From assembly GCF_000143415.4 (NCBI RefSeq), contig NW_003314281.1, positions 1,042,833-1,106,832 of the forward strand: DNA of 64,000 nt, in the 5' to 3' direction. Below, piece after piece: positions 26,570 to 45,100 of the stretch; the first letter of the stretch is position 1, and each line of letters starts with the position of its first letter. Source of the stretch: Selaginella moellendorffii (lineage: Eukaryota; Plantae; Lycopodiophyta). The position numbers and the translations under genes are program-made. The notes below the pieces were generated by a model that worked only from the letters and a program-made list of their open reading frames with translations, had not been told where the DNA came from and did no database searches.

Positions 26570-27736
26570 TCATCCGCTTGTAACGTCAGTCTCAGTGACC
26601 GAAACACCAGTGTAAGTACCAGTCTGGGGGAAACTAAAGCTTTCGCCTGTGTCAAGCTTGACAACCATGACACCCGAGTATGGCACGTTGATCTTACCAG
26701 CGTAAGTTACTGCCTGGATGTTAACTGACGCCCCCGGTGCCAGCGTATTTCCCTCGGACCACTCGAGGTTTTTGGTGCCGGAATACTCAACCGTGTTGGT
26801 GGACTGCTCGCTCTCTTGCCACTGATAAGAGCTCTCGGTCTTGAAAATGTCGAGGATGCTGGCATTCACAGTGACGGTCTGGGAAGTGGTGAGGCCTTCG
26901 GCCTGAGACCACGAGTAGGAGATGGTCATATCTTTGCTTCCATCGAGCTTCCACTGAACAGGAACTTCACTGTTGTTGCTGCATTTCAGGGTGTCCAGTG
27001 TCTCTGGAACGATGCTTCCCAGCGCAGAGATGTTGTAGTAGCGTACGCCTTGGAGCTGGCAAGAGACCAGCGGCAGGAGAAACGCAAAGCCCCATGCGTT
27101 TACGTCGTCACCGGCATGGATGTCGGCTCCCACCAGGATCCCGGCGTAGACATTGATTACCGTCGCGCTTCCACCTTGGTAGCCATGCTGGAAAGTATTG
27201 CCGAGGCTTGTGGTAAACATGATAGCACCGGCGCGATCACCTGGTCGTCCAAAAGCACGAGCCAAGGTATAATGCATACCAAGAAGAAGTGATAGAGCAA
27301 GCTTACCAACGTAATCCCATTCGCCAAGCCAGAGGGACATGGACGTGATGAGCTCCCCGGGCTGGAAAGTGTAGGTGTACGAGCTTCCAGCGGGGCTGCC
27401 GTAGAGGTGGCCTTCATTGTCCGTCTCACCCGTCTCCCACAACTTGACAGCTTTGGTTTTGTTACCGTCGTCCCACACTTGGATCTGGCGGATGACCTTC
27501 CCGCTAGTCCAGGCTTCAAGCTGATAGTCGGTGCCACCCGAGGTGTTTCCCACAACTTGGACGGTGCCAATGACGGGGCTGGAGAGCGTAGGAGCTAGAG
27601 ATTGAGCAAAAGGATGAATGCAAGGGAGTTCTAGGAGAGATGCTTTGGTGATGATGGTCTAGAATGGACCTAGATTTATATTGTCCTCGACTTAGTGTTT
27701 GAATCAACCATCGCTGGATTGTTGATCATACTCCAT
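26570..27736 (-). CDS. Jacalin-like lectin + aerolysin-type beta-pore-forming protein (natterin-like/Dln1 type), copy A
   Basis: N-terminal IRQIQVW, YTFQPGELITSMSLW, GADIHAGDDVNAWGFAF; Ser/Thr-rich aerolysin-like C-domain (YSWSQ..VTVNASI..YQW, INVPYSG, GTYTGV). 66-nt in-frame intron 27241-27306. Start uncertain (putative micro-exon ATG at 27736). Confidence 0.8.
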
Positions 27737-29312
27737 GTGCGCGTGATTCTCGATCTCTGAATGAAAGAGTTTCTTACGCTGTTGCTTTTCAACATAATCT
27801 GCATCGACAACAGGTCCTGATTATCACAGAATAAACAAACACCAGAAAACTACGTTCGTGATGAAGGCGCTGCACTAGAAAATTATGCTTAGTGTAAGGG
27901 TTGTCCCATGCATTTGATGAAATCTAGGTCATTCACGTGAACATGAAGGTAAAAAATTTGCCAGCAAGATGCAACAAGATTAAAAACATTTCTCGTTTTA
28001 ATCATGTGAAAGTTTTCTAAGAGGTTTATATGTGTTAATGTAAACGTCAACAAAATCGATGTAGATATGAGTCCTNNNNNNNNNNNNNNNNNNNNNNNNN
28101 NNNNNNNNNNNNNNNNNNNNNNNNNNNNNNNNNNNNNNNNNNNNNNNNNNNNNNNNNNNNNNNNNNNNNNNNNNNTTAACTGTCTACAGGGTTGACAATT
28201 TGGTAAGACTTTGTGCAGCAGTTTCCGATCAAGGGATGAGGCCGGAAAAGATTATCTGGAACGCAAACTAGACGGACATATAGGTTTCTCTTGTTAACGC
28301 GCTGCATTACAAAATTCTGACCACGAGGACTCAAATCTGCATCTGATGTTTACATTAACACATATAAACCTCTTAGAAAACTTTCACATGATTAAAACGA
28401 GATATGTTTTTAATCTTGTTGCATCTTGCTGGCAAATTTTTTACCTTCATGTTCACGTGAATGACCTAGATTTCATCAAATGCATGGGACAACCCTTACA
28501 CTAAGCATAATTTTCTAGTGCAGCGCCTTCATCACGAACGTAGTTTTCTGGTGTTTGCTTATTCTGTGATAATCAGGACCTGTTGTCGATGCAGATTATG
28601 TTGAAAAGCAACAGCGTAAGAAACTCTTTCATTCAGAGATCGAGAATCACGCGCACATGGAGTATGATCAACAATCCAGCGATGGTTGATTCAAACACTA
28701 AGTCGAGGACAATATAAATCTAGGTCCATTCTAGACCATCATCACCAAAGCATCTCTCCTAGAACTCCCTTGCATTCATCCTTTTGCTCAATCTCTAGCT
28801 CCTACACTCTCCAGCCCCGTCATTGGCACCGTCCAAGCTGTGGGAAACACCTCGGGTGGCACCGACTATCAGCTTGAAGCCTGGACTAGCGGGAAGGTCA
28901 TCCGCCAGATCCAAGTGTGGGACGACGGTAACAAAACCAAAGCTGTCAAGTTGTGGGAGACGGGTGAGACGGACAATGAAGGCCACCTCTACGGCAGCCC
29001 CGCTGGAAGCTCGTACACCTACACTTTCCAGCCCGGGGAGCTCATCACGTCCATGTCCCTCTGGCTTGGCGAATGGGATTACGTTGGTAAGCTTGCTCTA
29101 TCACTTCTTCTTGGTATGCATTATACCTTGGCTCGTGCTTTTGGACGACCAGGTGATCGCTCCGGAGCTATCATGTTTACCACAAGCCTCGGCAATACTT
29201 TCCAGCATGGATACCAAGGTGGAAGCGCGACGGTAATCAATGTCTACTCCGGAATCCTGGTGGGAGCCGACATCCGTGCCGGTGACGACGTAAACGCATG
29301 GGGCTTTGCGTT
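27081..29312. repeat. ~1 kb inverted repeat (arms 27081-28075 and 28326-29312) covering promoters and lectin domains of the two toxin genes
   Basis: Arms are near-identical reverse complements with a few substitutions and one short indel; the ORF track shows mirrored peptides on both strands. Confidence 0.95.
28076..28175. other. Assembly gap (100 N)
   Basis: Run of N. Confidence 1.
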
Positions 29313-29874
29313 CCTCAGGCCTCTTGTTTCGTGCCAGCTACTGGATGTCACGTATGGCGATCTTTCAATGGCGTCTGTTTCTCTTCAAAGTCTAGACAGC
29401 TATTCCACCAACGTTGCTGGAGACGGCTCCTTTTCAAGCTCTGAGCAGTCTAGCATCCAAAAGACCATCTCGAGCTCTTGGTCCCAGTCCGAGGGAGTCA
29501 CGTCCTCCATGGATGTTACGGTCACTGCAACGATCCCAGAGATTGGAGAAGTTGGGGACGCGGGCCCCGGAACTAAGTACGAGTGGCAGGAAAGCGAGAC
29601 ATACACGTCGCAGGCATCGATCCAGGCCGTGCAAACGCTCACCTGGTCAGTGAACTGGACTCTCGTTGCTGGACAAAGCATAAGCCTCCAGGCTCAGACC
29701 CATACGGGGTCTATCAACGTTCCATACCAGGGTACCATGGTTGTCACCGTGGTAGCGAGCGAGACAACGGGTGATCCTCCAACGTTTTCGTTTGAGACTT
29801 TCAACTTCCCACAAAGTGGGACGTACACTGGTGTGTCTGTCACTGCGATTGAAGTTCCCATCACGGTCAGCTGA
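28657..29874 (+). CDS. Jacalin-like lectin + aerolysin-type beta-pore-forming protein, copy B
   Basis: Same lectin domain as copy A; C-domain SSSWSQSEG..VTVTATIPEI..YEW, INVPYQG, GTYTGV. In-frame intron 29087-29152. Start uncertain (putative ATG 28657 with intron 28685-28798). Confidence 0.8.
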
Positions 29875-29965
29875 TTAGCAACCATCAATGGAAATATAAT
29901 GTGATAATAAGTTCAACCTTTTAATGTTATTGTTTCCGAGATGGAATGTGGTTACCCTAGCAGCT

Positions 29966-30812
29966 ATGGTTCTTGTGGGAGCGGCGCTCGAGGCTTTGGA
30001 TGCTCAAGACGCGGCGACCAAGGTACCACTTTGCTCAGATTTGCGAAGCGATTGCGTGTTTCTTGACTACTAAGTTGTAGTTGGCTTGGCTCTTGGGTCA
30101 TCCCACTTTGGTAGCCGCCGCTGATGCTTTCAAGGCATCCCCGGCGATAGAGATCAAACAGTCCAGCACTCCGCGTTTCGTGTGTGTTTTGCAAAAGGAA
30201 TTCGCGACCGCTACTCCAGAGTTTGTGGATGTAAGATTGATTTGGAAATAAGCTTGGTTGTAACTCCTTCCCTCTCTCTCTCTTTGTCTCGCAGTTTGTT
30301 GGCACAGATGATGCAACAACTTGTGTGGGAGTGGGAATCCGAGATCCCAAATCCGGACTGTAAGGATGCTCCAAGTTGGTGTGTTACGCTTCTGATGGCT
30401 TTGCAGAACAAGCATCGGGCATTTGGACTTTGCAGGCTGCGTGAAAGAAGGCCTCGCCCAAATGCTTTCTTCGCTTTTTCCGGACAAGGACACCATCCTC
30501 GAGGTGTTGTTCTTGAGTTTTTTTTCTCTTTCTATTTCCCCTGGTTTGTGAGTTGATTTCTACTGCTTGCCTTCTACACAGGTTCATATGGCTGGTGCTT
30601 ACGATGATTCCATCGACATGGAGCTTGGAGGAGATGAGATGGGACACTCTTGGCCTCTGTGCCTAGAACTTGTTGAGGAGTTGCAAGCTCTGCCTTACAA
30701 GCTGGAAATCCGGACGCTTTGCATTCTCCGGCATAACACTGTCACAAGCGATGGGGGTTATCCTTGTCCTGCTGTGAGAGGCTTCGCGGTGAGCAAAGGT
30801 TCCATAGCTTCT

Positions 30813-30847
<35 letters not shown>

Positions 30848-31436
30848 TTTATCAGTTCTCCTGGTTTCGCAGATCGAAACAAAGTCTGGACGCTGTGTTC
30901 CAGCGAGTTTTTCAGCTAACGCCAGTGGTCCGGACGAAATCATTCGAGCACTCTCGATGCTGGCGGGGCCGGCATCCAGGCTCCGGTCCCCGTATGACAC
31001 CGAGTCGGACACTTTCTCGATCAAACCATTCCAGTGGTATCAAGTCTTCTTTCACCTCCGTTTCCATCTTTTTTTCATGGTTTCTTTCTACCTTTCCAGG
31101 AGCCGAGGATGGAAAATGCTCGCAGCGCAGTCGCTAGCTCTGTCTGATGCCGAGCTACTCCAGACTCGATCAACGTCTCCACACGCAGAGGGCCCGAGCT
31201 TCGTCACCTCCATCAGAAGGTAGTGCAAGAGCTCCTTTCCTTGACATGCATCTTTACCACCTTTCAGGATGGACGCTTATATTTACAACCATCCGGACTG
31301 GGAACACGCATTTCCAAACCGAGAGAGCCGAAGGTTCGTAAGAGATCCTGGAACTGGGAGATGGATGCGAGCGGAAGACCCAAACTCAAGAAGAGCTGCG
31401 AGCACAGCCAAAGCTTTATGGGAGCTCTCGCTTTGA
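29966..31436 (+). CDS. NTAN1: Protein N-terminal asparagine amidohydrolase (N-degron pathway), multi-exon
   Basis: Spliced translation gives VLQKEFAT, FVGTDDATTCVGVGIR, SIGHLD, VHMAGAY, STSPHAEGPSF; TGA at 31434-31436. Confidence 0.9.
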
Positions 31437-31479
31437 AAACCACAGGCTCTTCGTCACCACATCCCGAGAGAGAGCTTTG

Positions 31480-32809
31480 CTACAACAGATTCTCAAGCGA
31501 GGCAATCCACGAAGTGAGTCTCGCGTTTACTTGCGCTGGTATCTCGTCGTGAGGACAGTGTCCGGCTTGGAGCTTCACGAGCGTTGCGTCGTTGTAAAGA
31601 GCTTGGATCTTGTCAGCTTTCGAAGACGGGGCCAGTGGATCCGACTCTCCCCACAGCACTAGCAGCGGACAATCCAAATCTCGCAGAAGTTTCTCCAGGG
31701 ATAAATCAGATGGCTGGAACAAGAAGCGAGAGATCATCCTGTTCCAAGAAAAAAAAGCCATTTTTTTCATAGTTTTTCATTTCTTTCCCTTCTACGAACC
31801 TGTAAAACACCTCTGCTGCGTTTGGATCCGCGGCAGGCTCGAGTATAGAATCGATAAGAAACTCGTCCACATGGCTCTTGTCTCTATACACCTGACAAAA
31901 AATACAAACCAAACTTAAAGTATGAAAGAATGGATTCTTGGTTCTTGGGCTTACGTTGTTTAGTGCTGCCTGGATTCGCGAGCGTTGATTCAGCTGCTTG
32001 AAAACAAACAGTAGCGCTTCACGCCTTGCCCAGTCTCTAGCTTTAAAAAACGCCGGCCATCCAGCCGTGTTCTTCGTTGGTTTCTCGACGATCACCTGAG
32101 CTTTTCTACTCTGGAAACGACCAGCCGGGTTTACCAAAGCCAGTGCTGCGACGAGGTCGGGATAGAGCACTGCGGTCTGGAGAGAAGTAAGCCCACCAAT
32201 GCTGTAAGCACCAAGAAACTAGAGAGTAGAAGAGAAAAACTATGAACCAAACTTACCTGTTTCCAACAATCACAGCGGGTCTCTTGACAACTTGCTTGAC
32301 GAAGTCCGCGATCTGGCGGCTCCATAGCTGTGGATCATACTCGATCAAGGCCTTGTCACTCCACCCAAATCCCAGGAGGTCCAACGCAAAAACTTCGTGA
32401 GTTTTGGCAAGCTCGGGGATGTTGTATCTTGCAGCAAGCAAAAAGTTGGAGAAAAAACACTCTCACACACAAGAAAAGAGAGCAAACCTCCAGTGATAAA
32501 CAGATGCTCCAAAGCCATGGACGAGTAGAATTGGCACTCCTTTATGGCCCTGACGAACGTAGTGAATCTTGTGCTCTTGCCACTGCCAGTAATTGTGGCC
32601 GCCCTTCTTGAGCACAAGCTCTGGAAGTTCTTACAGTAAAGTCTAAGTTCTTCCTTGGAGATCAAATACCTGGAGCACTGGAGACGAACTCTTGCTGCTT
32701 GTGTGAAGAAGAACACCTCAATCTATCTAGCCACAGCTCAGCATTGGGATGAAAGCTCAGCTAGATCCTTACCTGGATGAAACACTGCCACCGCCATCGC
32801 CATAGCCAT
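31480..32809 (-). CDS. Alpha/beta hydrolase (pheophytinase-like family), multi-exon
   Basis: ILLVHGFGASVYHWR|YNIPELA, ALDLLGFGWSDK, GNSIGG, LWGESDP, AGHCPHDE. Confidence 0.88.
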
Positions 32810-32883
32810 TTCTCTTGGTATAAAAGAAAAGAGAGCAGCAAACTTTAAAACTTTAAAGGAAAGTTGGTTATAGAGTTTTTTTG

Positions 32884-33313
32884 TCAGCCACACCAGTTTA
32901 AGTTGCCACCCTTGTTCTCTACGCGCTCGTCCAGGCTGAGGCTCGTCCACTGGTAGCCGCCATGGAAATCCTTGCAAGACGCTGCGATGCCCTTGGAGCT
33001 CTGGCTCTCGCTCTCGGTGGCCATGTCTATGACTTCCAAGCCGTAGCAAGTCTGGTAGAATCCCGAGCCTGGAGTTTCTAGCGTCCCATTGTTGTTGGAG
33101 ATGTGAAGATCCAGCGAGAAAGAGCTCGCCAAAGGGCTCGGGTCGCAGATGGCCCAGAGATTATCATAAATCGTGAAAATGTTGTGGCATGTTTGGGAAA
33201 ATCCTCCGCAAGCCTGGAAACCAAGTCACGATTAAGTTTTTAGTGAAAAGAAGCTAAACAACCTCAATGCTCTTGAGCAACTGCAGCCCAATAAAAAGAT
33301 CGATCAAGATCAT
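32884..33313 (-). CDS. Secreted cyanovirin-N homolog (CVNH) lectin, 2 exons, ~126 aa
   Basis: Exon 1 33313-33263 (hydrophobic leader), intron 33262-33214. Exon 2 has two CVNH half-repeats: GFSQTC..SFSLDLHISNNNGTL and GFYQTC..TSLSLDERVENKGGNL. Confidence 0.85.
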
Positions 33314-33637
33314 GTTAGAAAATGGTCAGATGAACAAGAAAAGAAAAAAAGAAAAAAAGATCAGAAATAAAAGGCTTCGATCACTGCTTATACTAAGCAA
33401 ACGATGGACTTACACATGTCAACCCTGTGTATCTCACCGAAGAAACATTGTCGTGTTCTTTCGATTGATCGAGGCCAGAGTTCCTAAGTTTCCAAATTTA
33501 CGTGATGAATTCCCGATAAGTTATAACTTTGTTCGTATTGCCAGAGCGATAGCATTACTTTCTCGAGAAAAACCAAAGTAAGATACAAGATAGACAAACT
33601 CTGCCATGTACCTGAGATCTCGCAGCGATGCTCTGGC

Positions 33638-34768
33638 TCAAAACAAGCTCCACTTCTTGGCCTTTTTCTTCTTCTTTTTGGAGCTGTCCTTTGGCGAGTG
33701 GAGCTTTCCTCCTCCATCGTGTTCTTCTTCTGCGTTTTCGTGCTCCATCCTCAGGAGTTCCTCCAGGTCCGAATCCTCATCACTGCCTCCTCCCGCGGGA
33801 TTTGCCAGTTTCTCGAGCCGAGCTGCGTCCTTGGCCCACTCGATGACTTGCTGAGCCTCGCGAGTCAGTCTCTCCTCCTCGACCGATGCCACCGAGAGCT
33901 CCTTCTTAAGGTTCTTCACGTTTAAGTCCCGGAGAAGGCCATCCGCATCGATCTCCTCCTCGTCACCACCTTCTGTTTCAAAGCTTCTGGCACTTCCACC
34001 TAGAGACTGGCTCTCCTTCTTCTGTTTTTTCTTCTTCTTCTCCAGCGAGACTTCGTCGGCCGCGGACGCTAGCAACCTGTTAACACCATCGTTCTCCACA
34101 GAAGAGAAGCTTCCTTCGTCGGATCGCGACTGGCTTCTCGTTGGATCTTTCTTCTTAGTCATGCTAAGCTGCTTCAGCATCTTCATCGGGGAGAAAGATC
34201 GGTTCTTGCTGGAAGAAGATGAGGAGGATGACGAAAGAGCTGAAGGAGACGACGAAACCTTGACCTGCTGACGCTGCTCCGGAGGATTTGCTCCATGAAA
34301 AGAGTGTGATTCTTGAGAACCACTTGATGGAGACTTGAGTGCCTTGAGCCTGTTCTCGAGCTCAACGGCTAAGACGTCTTCTTCCTCCTCCTCCTCTTCT
34401 TCTTCATGATCTTCCTCCTCCTGATCTAGAGTAAGATCAAGCTCTTGCTGTGAACGAGAAGATTTCTTGGCATGGATGTCGACACCTGTGTCTTTGCCTT
34501 GATGATTTTTCTTCACTGCTGCTGCTGCCGCTGGTGGTGGTGGTCGAGACTTGAGGTTCGCGAATCGAACGAGAAGATTACCCTCCAGCCCACCACCATC
34601 GTCCTGCCTTTCACCACTGCTAGGAGGGGCTTCGAATCCTTTAGCGGTCCTGTGACTAGTACCCACGGTGCTCAGCTTGAGCACACTCTCTTCTTGGAAC
34701 TGATTCAGCAAGTTCTCTACTTCTGCATCGTCGGCATTGCTAGAATCCCTGTTATAAAATCCACCCAT
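33638..34768 (-). CDS. Low-complexity acidic/basic protein of unknown function with MIM1-like motifs
   Basis: 376-aa single-exon ORF; motifs LLVRFANLKS, LENRLKALKS, VIEWAKDAARLE. Confidence 0.65.
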   Translation of the reverse strand: MGGFYNRDSSNADDAEVENLLNQFQEESVLKLSTVGTSHRTAKGFEAPPSSGERQDDGGGLEGNLLVRFANLKSRPPPPAAAAAVKKNHQGKDTGVDIHAKKSSRSQQELDLTLDQEEEDHEEEEEEEEEDVLAVELENRLKALKSPSSGSQESHSFHGANPPEQRQQVKVSSSPSALSSSSSSSSSKNRSFSPMKMLKQLSMTKKKDPTRSQSRSDEGSFSSVENDGVNRLLASAADEVSLEKKKKKQKKESQSLGGSARSFETEGGDEEEIDADGLLRDLNVKNLKKELSVASVEEERLTREAQQVIEWAKDAARLEKLANPAGGGSDEDSDLEELLRMEHENAEEEHDGGGKLHSPKDSSKKKKKKAKKWSLF

Positions 34769-35012
34769 CTTGAGAAGGAAAAACCCACCTTGTCCTTGCT
34801 AGATTATCTTCTCCATCGCTTACACTACACGCATGAACCCAAGCCAGTGCTCAGTCTGAATCGCAGCTAGGCCCAGCCGTCGTCGTACAGCATCTTCTTG
34901 TAGCCACCACAATTGACGCTCGCTGCTCTCTTTTGGTGACATCACCGGACTAGCCTAATGGAGAAAAGGAAAGTGGTGTTAGTAAAATAGTACAGGAAGA
35001 AGGTAACTCACC

Positions 35013-38686
<3,674 letters not shown>

Positions 38687-38836
38687 GGCAATGGGATGAT
38701 AAAACCTAAGCCCGGGGACAATACCATTCAACCATCAAATTAATATTCTCTTAAGTTCTCTTATTAGTGGTAAGAATGTTTATCAAAACTTTGCTCCATA
38801 GCATTAGCTTTTATTCGCTCGTTTCTCTTCGCCCTT

Positions 38837-40946
<2,110 letters not shown>

Positions 40947-41160
40947 AGCCGAGGAGAGATGCGTCGCGCCCTACTCGAAGCTCTCCCTGTGTAGAATCGT
41001 CCTCGATTATACCTACGTCTCCAATATAAAAGGGGAAAAAATTTTCAAAGGTGGAGGTAGAAGCAATCCTAGCCGCTCGTTTGGATGCTCACGAACATTC
41101 CCATAAACCCTAATTTTTAGTCAGTCAACAAAAGGAGCTTTATTTCACTTGTAGTGACTT

Positions 41161-41999
<839 letters not shown>

Positions 42000-42110
42000 A
42001 GCGCTCGCTCCCAAGAACCCTAAATTTGATAGTGCATTCAGATTTAAAATCCAACGACGGAGATTTGTACCAGTTAATCGAACGGCCAGTATTCAATGGT
42101 GGAGATTCTT

Positions 42111-45100
42111 TCATTTTCTCTCTCGGAAATTTGCGAGGAGTTCTTCTCTTTCTTTTTGGCTCGCCGATACCATCCACTGGCTAAATTCTTTGACGCCCAA
42201 TCCTTTGAACTTGGCGAGCTCGGAGAAGAGCTCCGATTTTTTCGTCGCTGGCTTTTGCTTCGCCGCTGTTGGTTCTTTGGAGCGATCCAATTCTTTGGCT
42301 GTTTGATCGCTCCGCTGTCTTTGCTTTGGTTTTGTTTCCTTTGGAGCTTTTGATCCCTCCGCTTCTCCCTGTCTTTGTTTTGGTTCCCTTCTTGTTGTTG
42401 ATGCTGATTTTCGGACGGTCTTTTCTTCTGTCACCCGAGTAGCTCTCGTTCTCCTGGTGCTCGTTTCGCGCTCCTCGTCGCCTGAATCGATGACATCGAC
42501 GGGTTCTTCATTCTTTTGGCCACGAAGTAATCGAGCATTCACCACCTCTTCGTTCTTGTGAGCGTAGACCACACCTACAAAACTCACAGTATGTAAGAAA
42601 CAAAAATCCGACTCGCCAGAAAATCACGAAGAATTACCTGATTTTGTCAGCATGTCTTGGAGTCCCACTGTTTCCTCTTCGTCTGTCTTCTGCGAGTCTT
42701 GCATATTTTCTTTCACCAGACGAGCAAGGCCGCTGACTCCATGCTCGTCATCTTCTTCTTCATCCCCGTCGTTCTCAAGAGCTCTTGGCCTCCCTCTACG
42801 AGGCCTACACGGTCCATCACTGTCGCTGTCGTAACTTTCGACCTGTATCTTCATTAATCTCTCTTCGTGCTGCTCAATGATGTCACTCGTGAAGACTTTG
42901 TCTTGAAGATCCCGGAACAGGTTGCTCAGTCCAAAAAGCTCCCCTTTGTCACCTTTGGAGTCCTGTGAATAACAAAGTTGAAACGAGGAAACAACAAAAA
43001 GAAGATGTTCTACCTGAACTCCTTCGAAGTATCGCTTCTCGCGATTTCCCGTGACTGCAAGGTTGAAAAGCTGCTGCTTGTATATTTGCCTGGTATAAAT
43101 TAACTCCTCCAAAGACCCTGCAGCCAGTAACCGGAACACAGTGACATGGCGTTTCTGACCAAAGCGGAAAGAGCGATCTTGCGCTTGGAGATCTTGTGCT
43201 GGATTCCAGTTTGGATCAAAGACTACCACCCTGTTTGCACTCACCAGATTGAGTCCAAGTCCACCAGCACGAGTAGAGATGAGGAACACCTGGAAAAGTA
43301 ACAGTTTGTATAGAAAGAAAAAACAAATCGTTCCACCACCTGTTTGCTAGGACTAGTATTGAACTCGTCGACAATGCCCTGTCTTGCATTCATAGGTGTT
43401 GAACCATCGAGCCGGCAAAAGCAGTATCCTCGACGAATAAGAAACTTCTCTAGAATTCCAAGCATCCTGTTTAAATACATGAATTCGCAAGTCAAACTCA
43501 CCATAAAACTGTGTCACACCAACCTCACAGAGTAGCTAAAGAGCAGCACCTTGTCACCTTGTGAAGTCCACTTGGACAAAAGGTTCTTCAGCGCAAGCAT
43601 CTTGCCGCAATTCTGAGAGTCACTTAAACCGAGAAAGCTCTCATCTGGTTGAATGCCACCGAGAGAAGGAGCATCGTCACCGAACACTAGTGATGCAAAC
43701 GCTGCGTCCTTCGTTCTCTTCTCGATATCGTCACTAAGATTTGGCTTAAGAAGCTCGAGATGATTGCTCACCTGGAGAAACCAATTCACGTTAGGAGACA
43801 AATGCGTAAGAACATGTTCAAACCTGCTGGAGTTTGTTCAAGCATGGAAGAACCAAGCAGCAGGGGCATGACTCGCATCCATCTGGATTGCCCTTGTGAA
43901 GATACGACCAAATCGGTCCCTTTGGAGCAGTTCTCAGGCAACACTTCGAGCTCGGCTCCTCACTACCGCAGCCACAAGGTTCGTTTTTCCTGACCAGGCA
44001 CTGAAAGTCGGGACTTTCGAGGAGACGTTTGTAGACGCGCCTCTGTATAGGACTCATTGCGCAGAAGATGACAATGTCCTCCTTCCCTTTCAGCAGGTGT
44101 CCTATCGTCTCGTCTTTTGTTCGTCTCAAAGAGTACCTTCGTAGAACAGCCAATAGATGTTGTCTTCGTTTCTCCGCAAGCTCTACTAAAACCTGTGAGG
44201 CACTGATTTTCTGTCCCTGCTTGATTGGCTCATCGTAGTATCCTCGAAAATGCTCTCGTGTCCCAAGGCATCCCGGAGCAGCCCACTCGAAAACGTTGAA
44301 CAAATCGATCAACTTATTCTGTAAGATTGTCCCTGTCAACCCGAAGCGGCACTTCGTGCGTAGCCTGCAGCATGCCTTGTAGAGCTGAGACTTTTCGTTT
44401 TTCAGGCGGTGTGCCTCGTCCACAATCACACAGTCCCAATCAATCTCCTGCAGCGAGCTTCCGTGTATTCTAAAAGTATCATGGCTGGTAATGACTACGT
44501 CGAGCTCGTCTCTCCGGACCTTGTCCACGATGGCCTCCCTTTGAGCACCATGGTAAACGCCGAGAGGGAAGCTTCCCCAAGCTTCAAACTCCCGCTGCCA
44601 ATTCTCTATCACTGAAGTTGGACAAAGCACCAGCACGACCTTCTTCTTTGCTTCACTTAAGTTTGCCTTCGATCGGAATGGAAGCCGAAAGAGCTCACCA
44701 TCGTTGTGAAGTATAGCTGCGATGAAAGCTATCGACTGTATGGTCTTTCCTAGCCCCCTACACACACACACACACAAGAAATCAAGAATAAACTTTTTGA
44801 CGCGGTTTAGATGGTACTTACATATCATCACCCAGAATTCCACCGATTTTTTGCTTGTAGAGATTGTAGAGAAACCGGACACCTTCACGTTGATGCTCCA
44901 GTAGCCTGCTATTAATCGGTGCTGGAACCTACAGCAAGAAAAATATCCATGACCAAAAATTTCTTCACAAAGAATGGCTAGAGAAATTGCAAGAAGGAAA
45001 GAAAGAAGAAGAAAAAACGCTTGAACAAACCTCTACTCTCTCTGGTGATCCTTCGTCTGACAATAAAAGAGGCTCGTATGGACCTTCTTTCTCGGATTGT

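Noticed and set aside
27081-29312. Inverted repeat as transposon TIRs or a shufflon-like invertible switch
   Set aside because: Arms consist of gene and promoter sequence; no TSD, transposase or recombinase; inversion would barely change the products.
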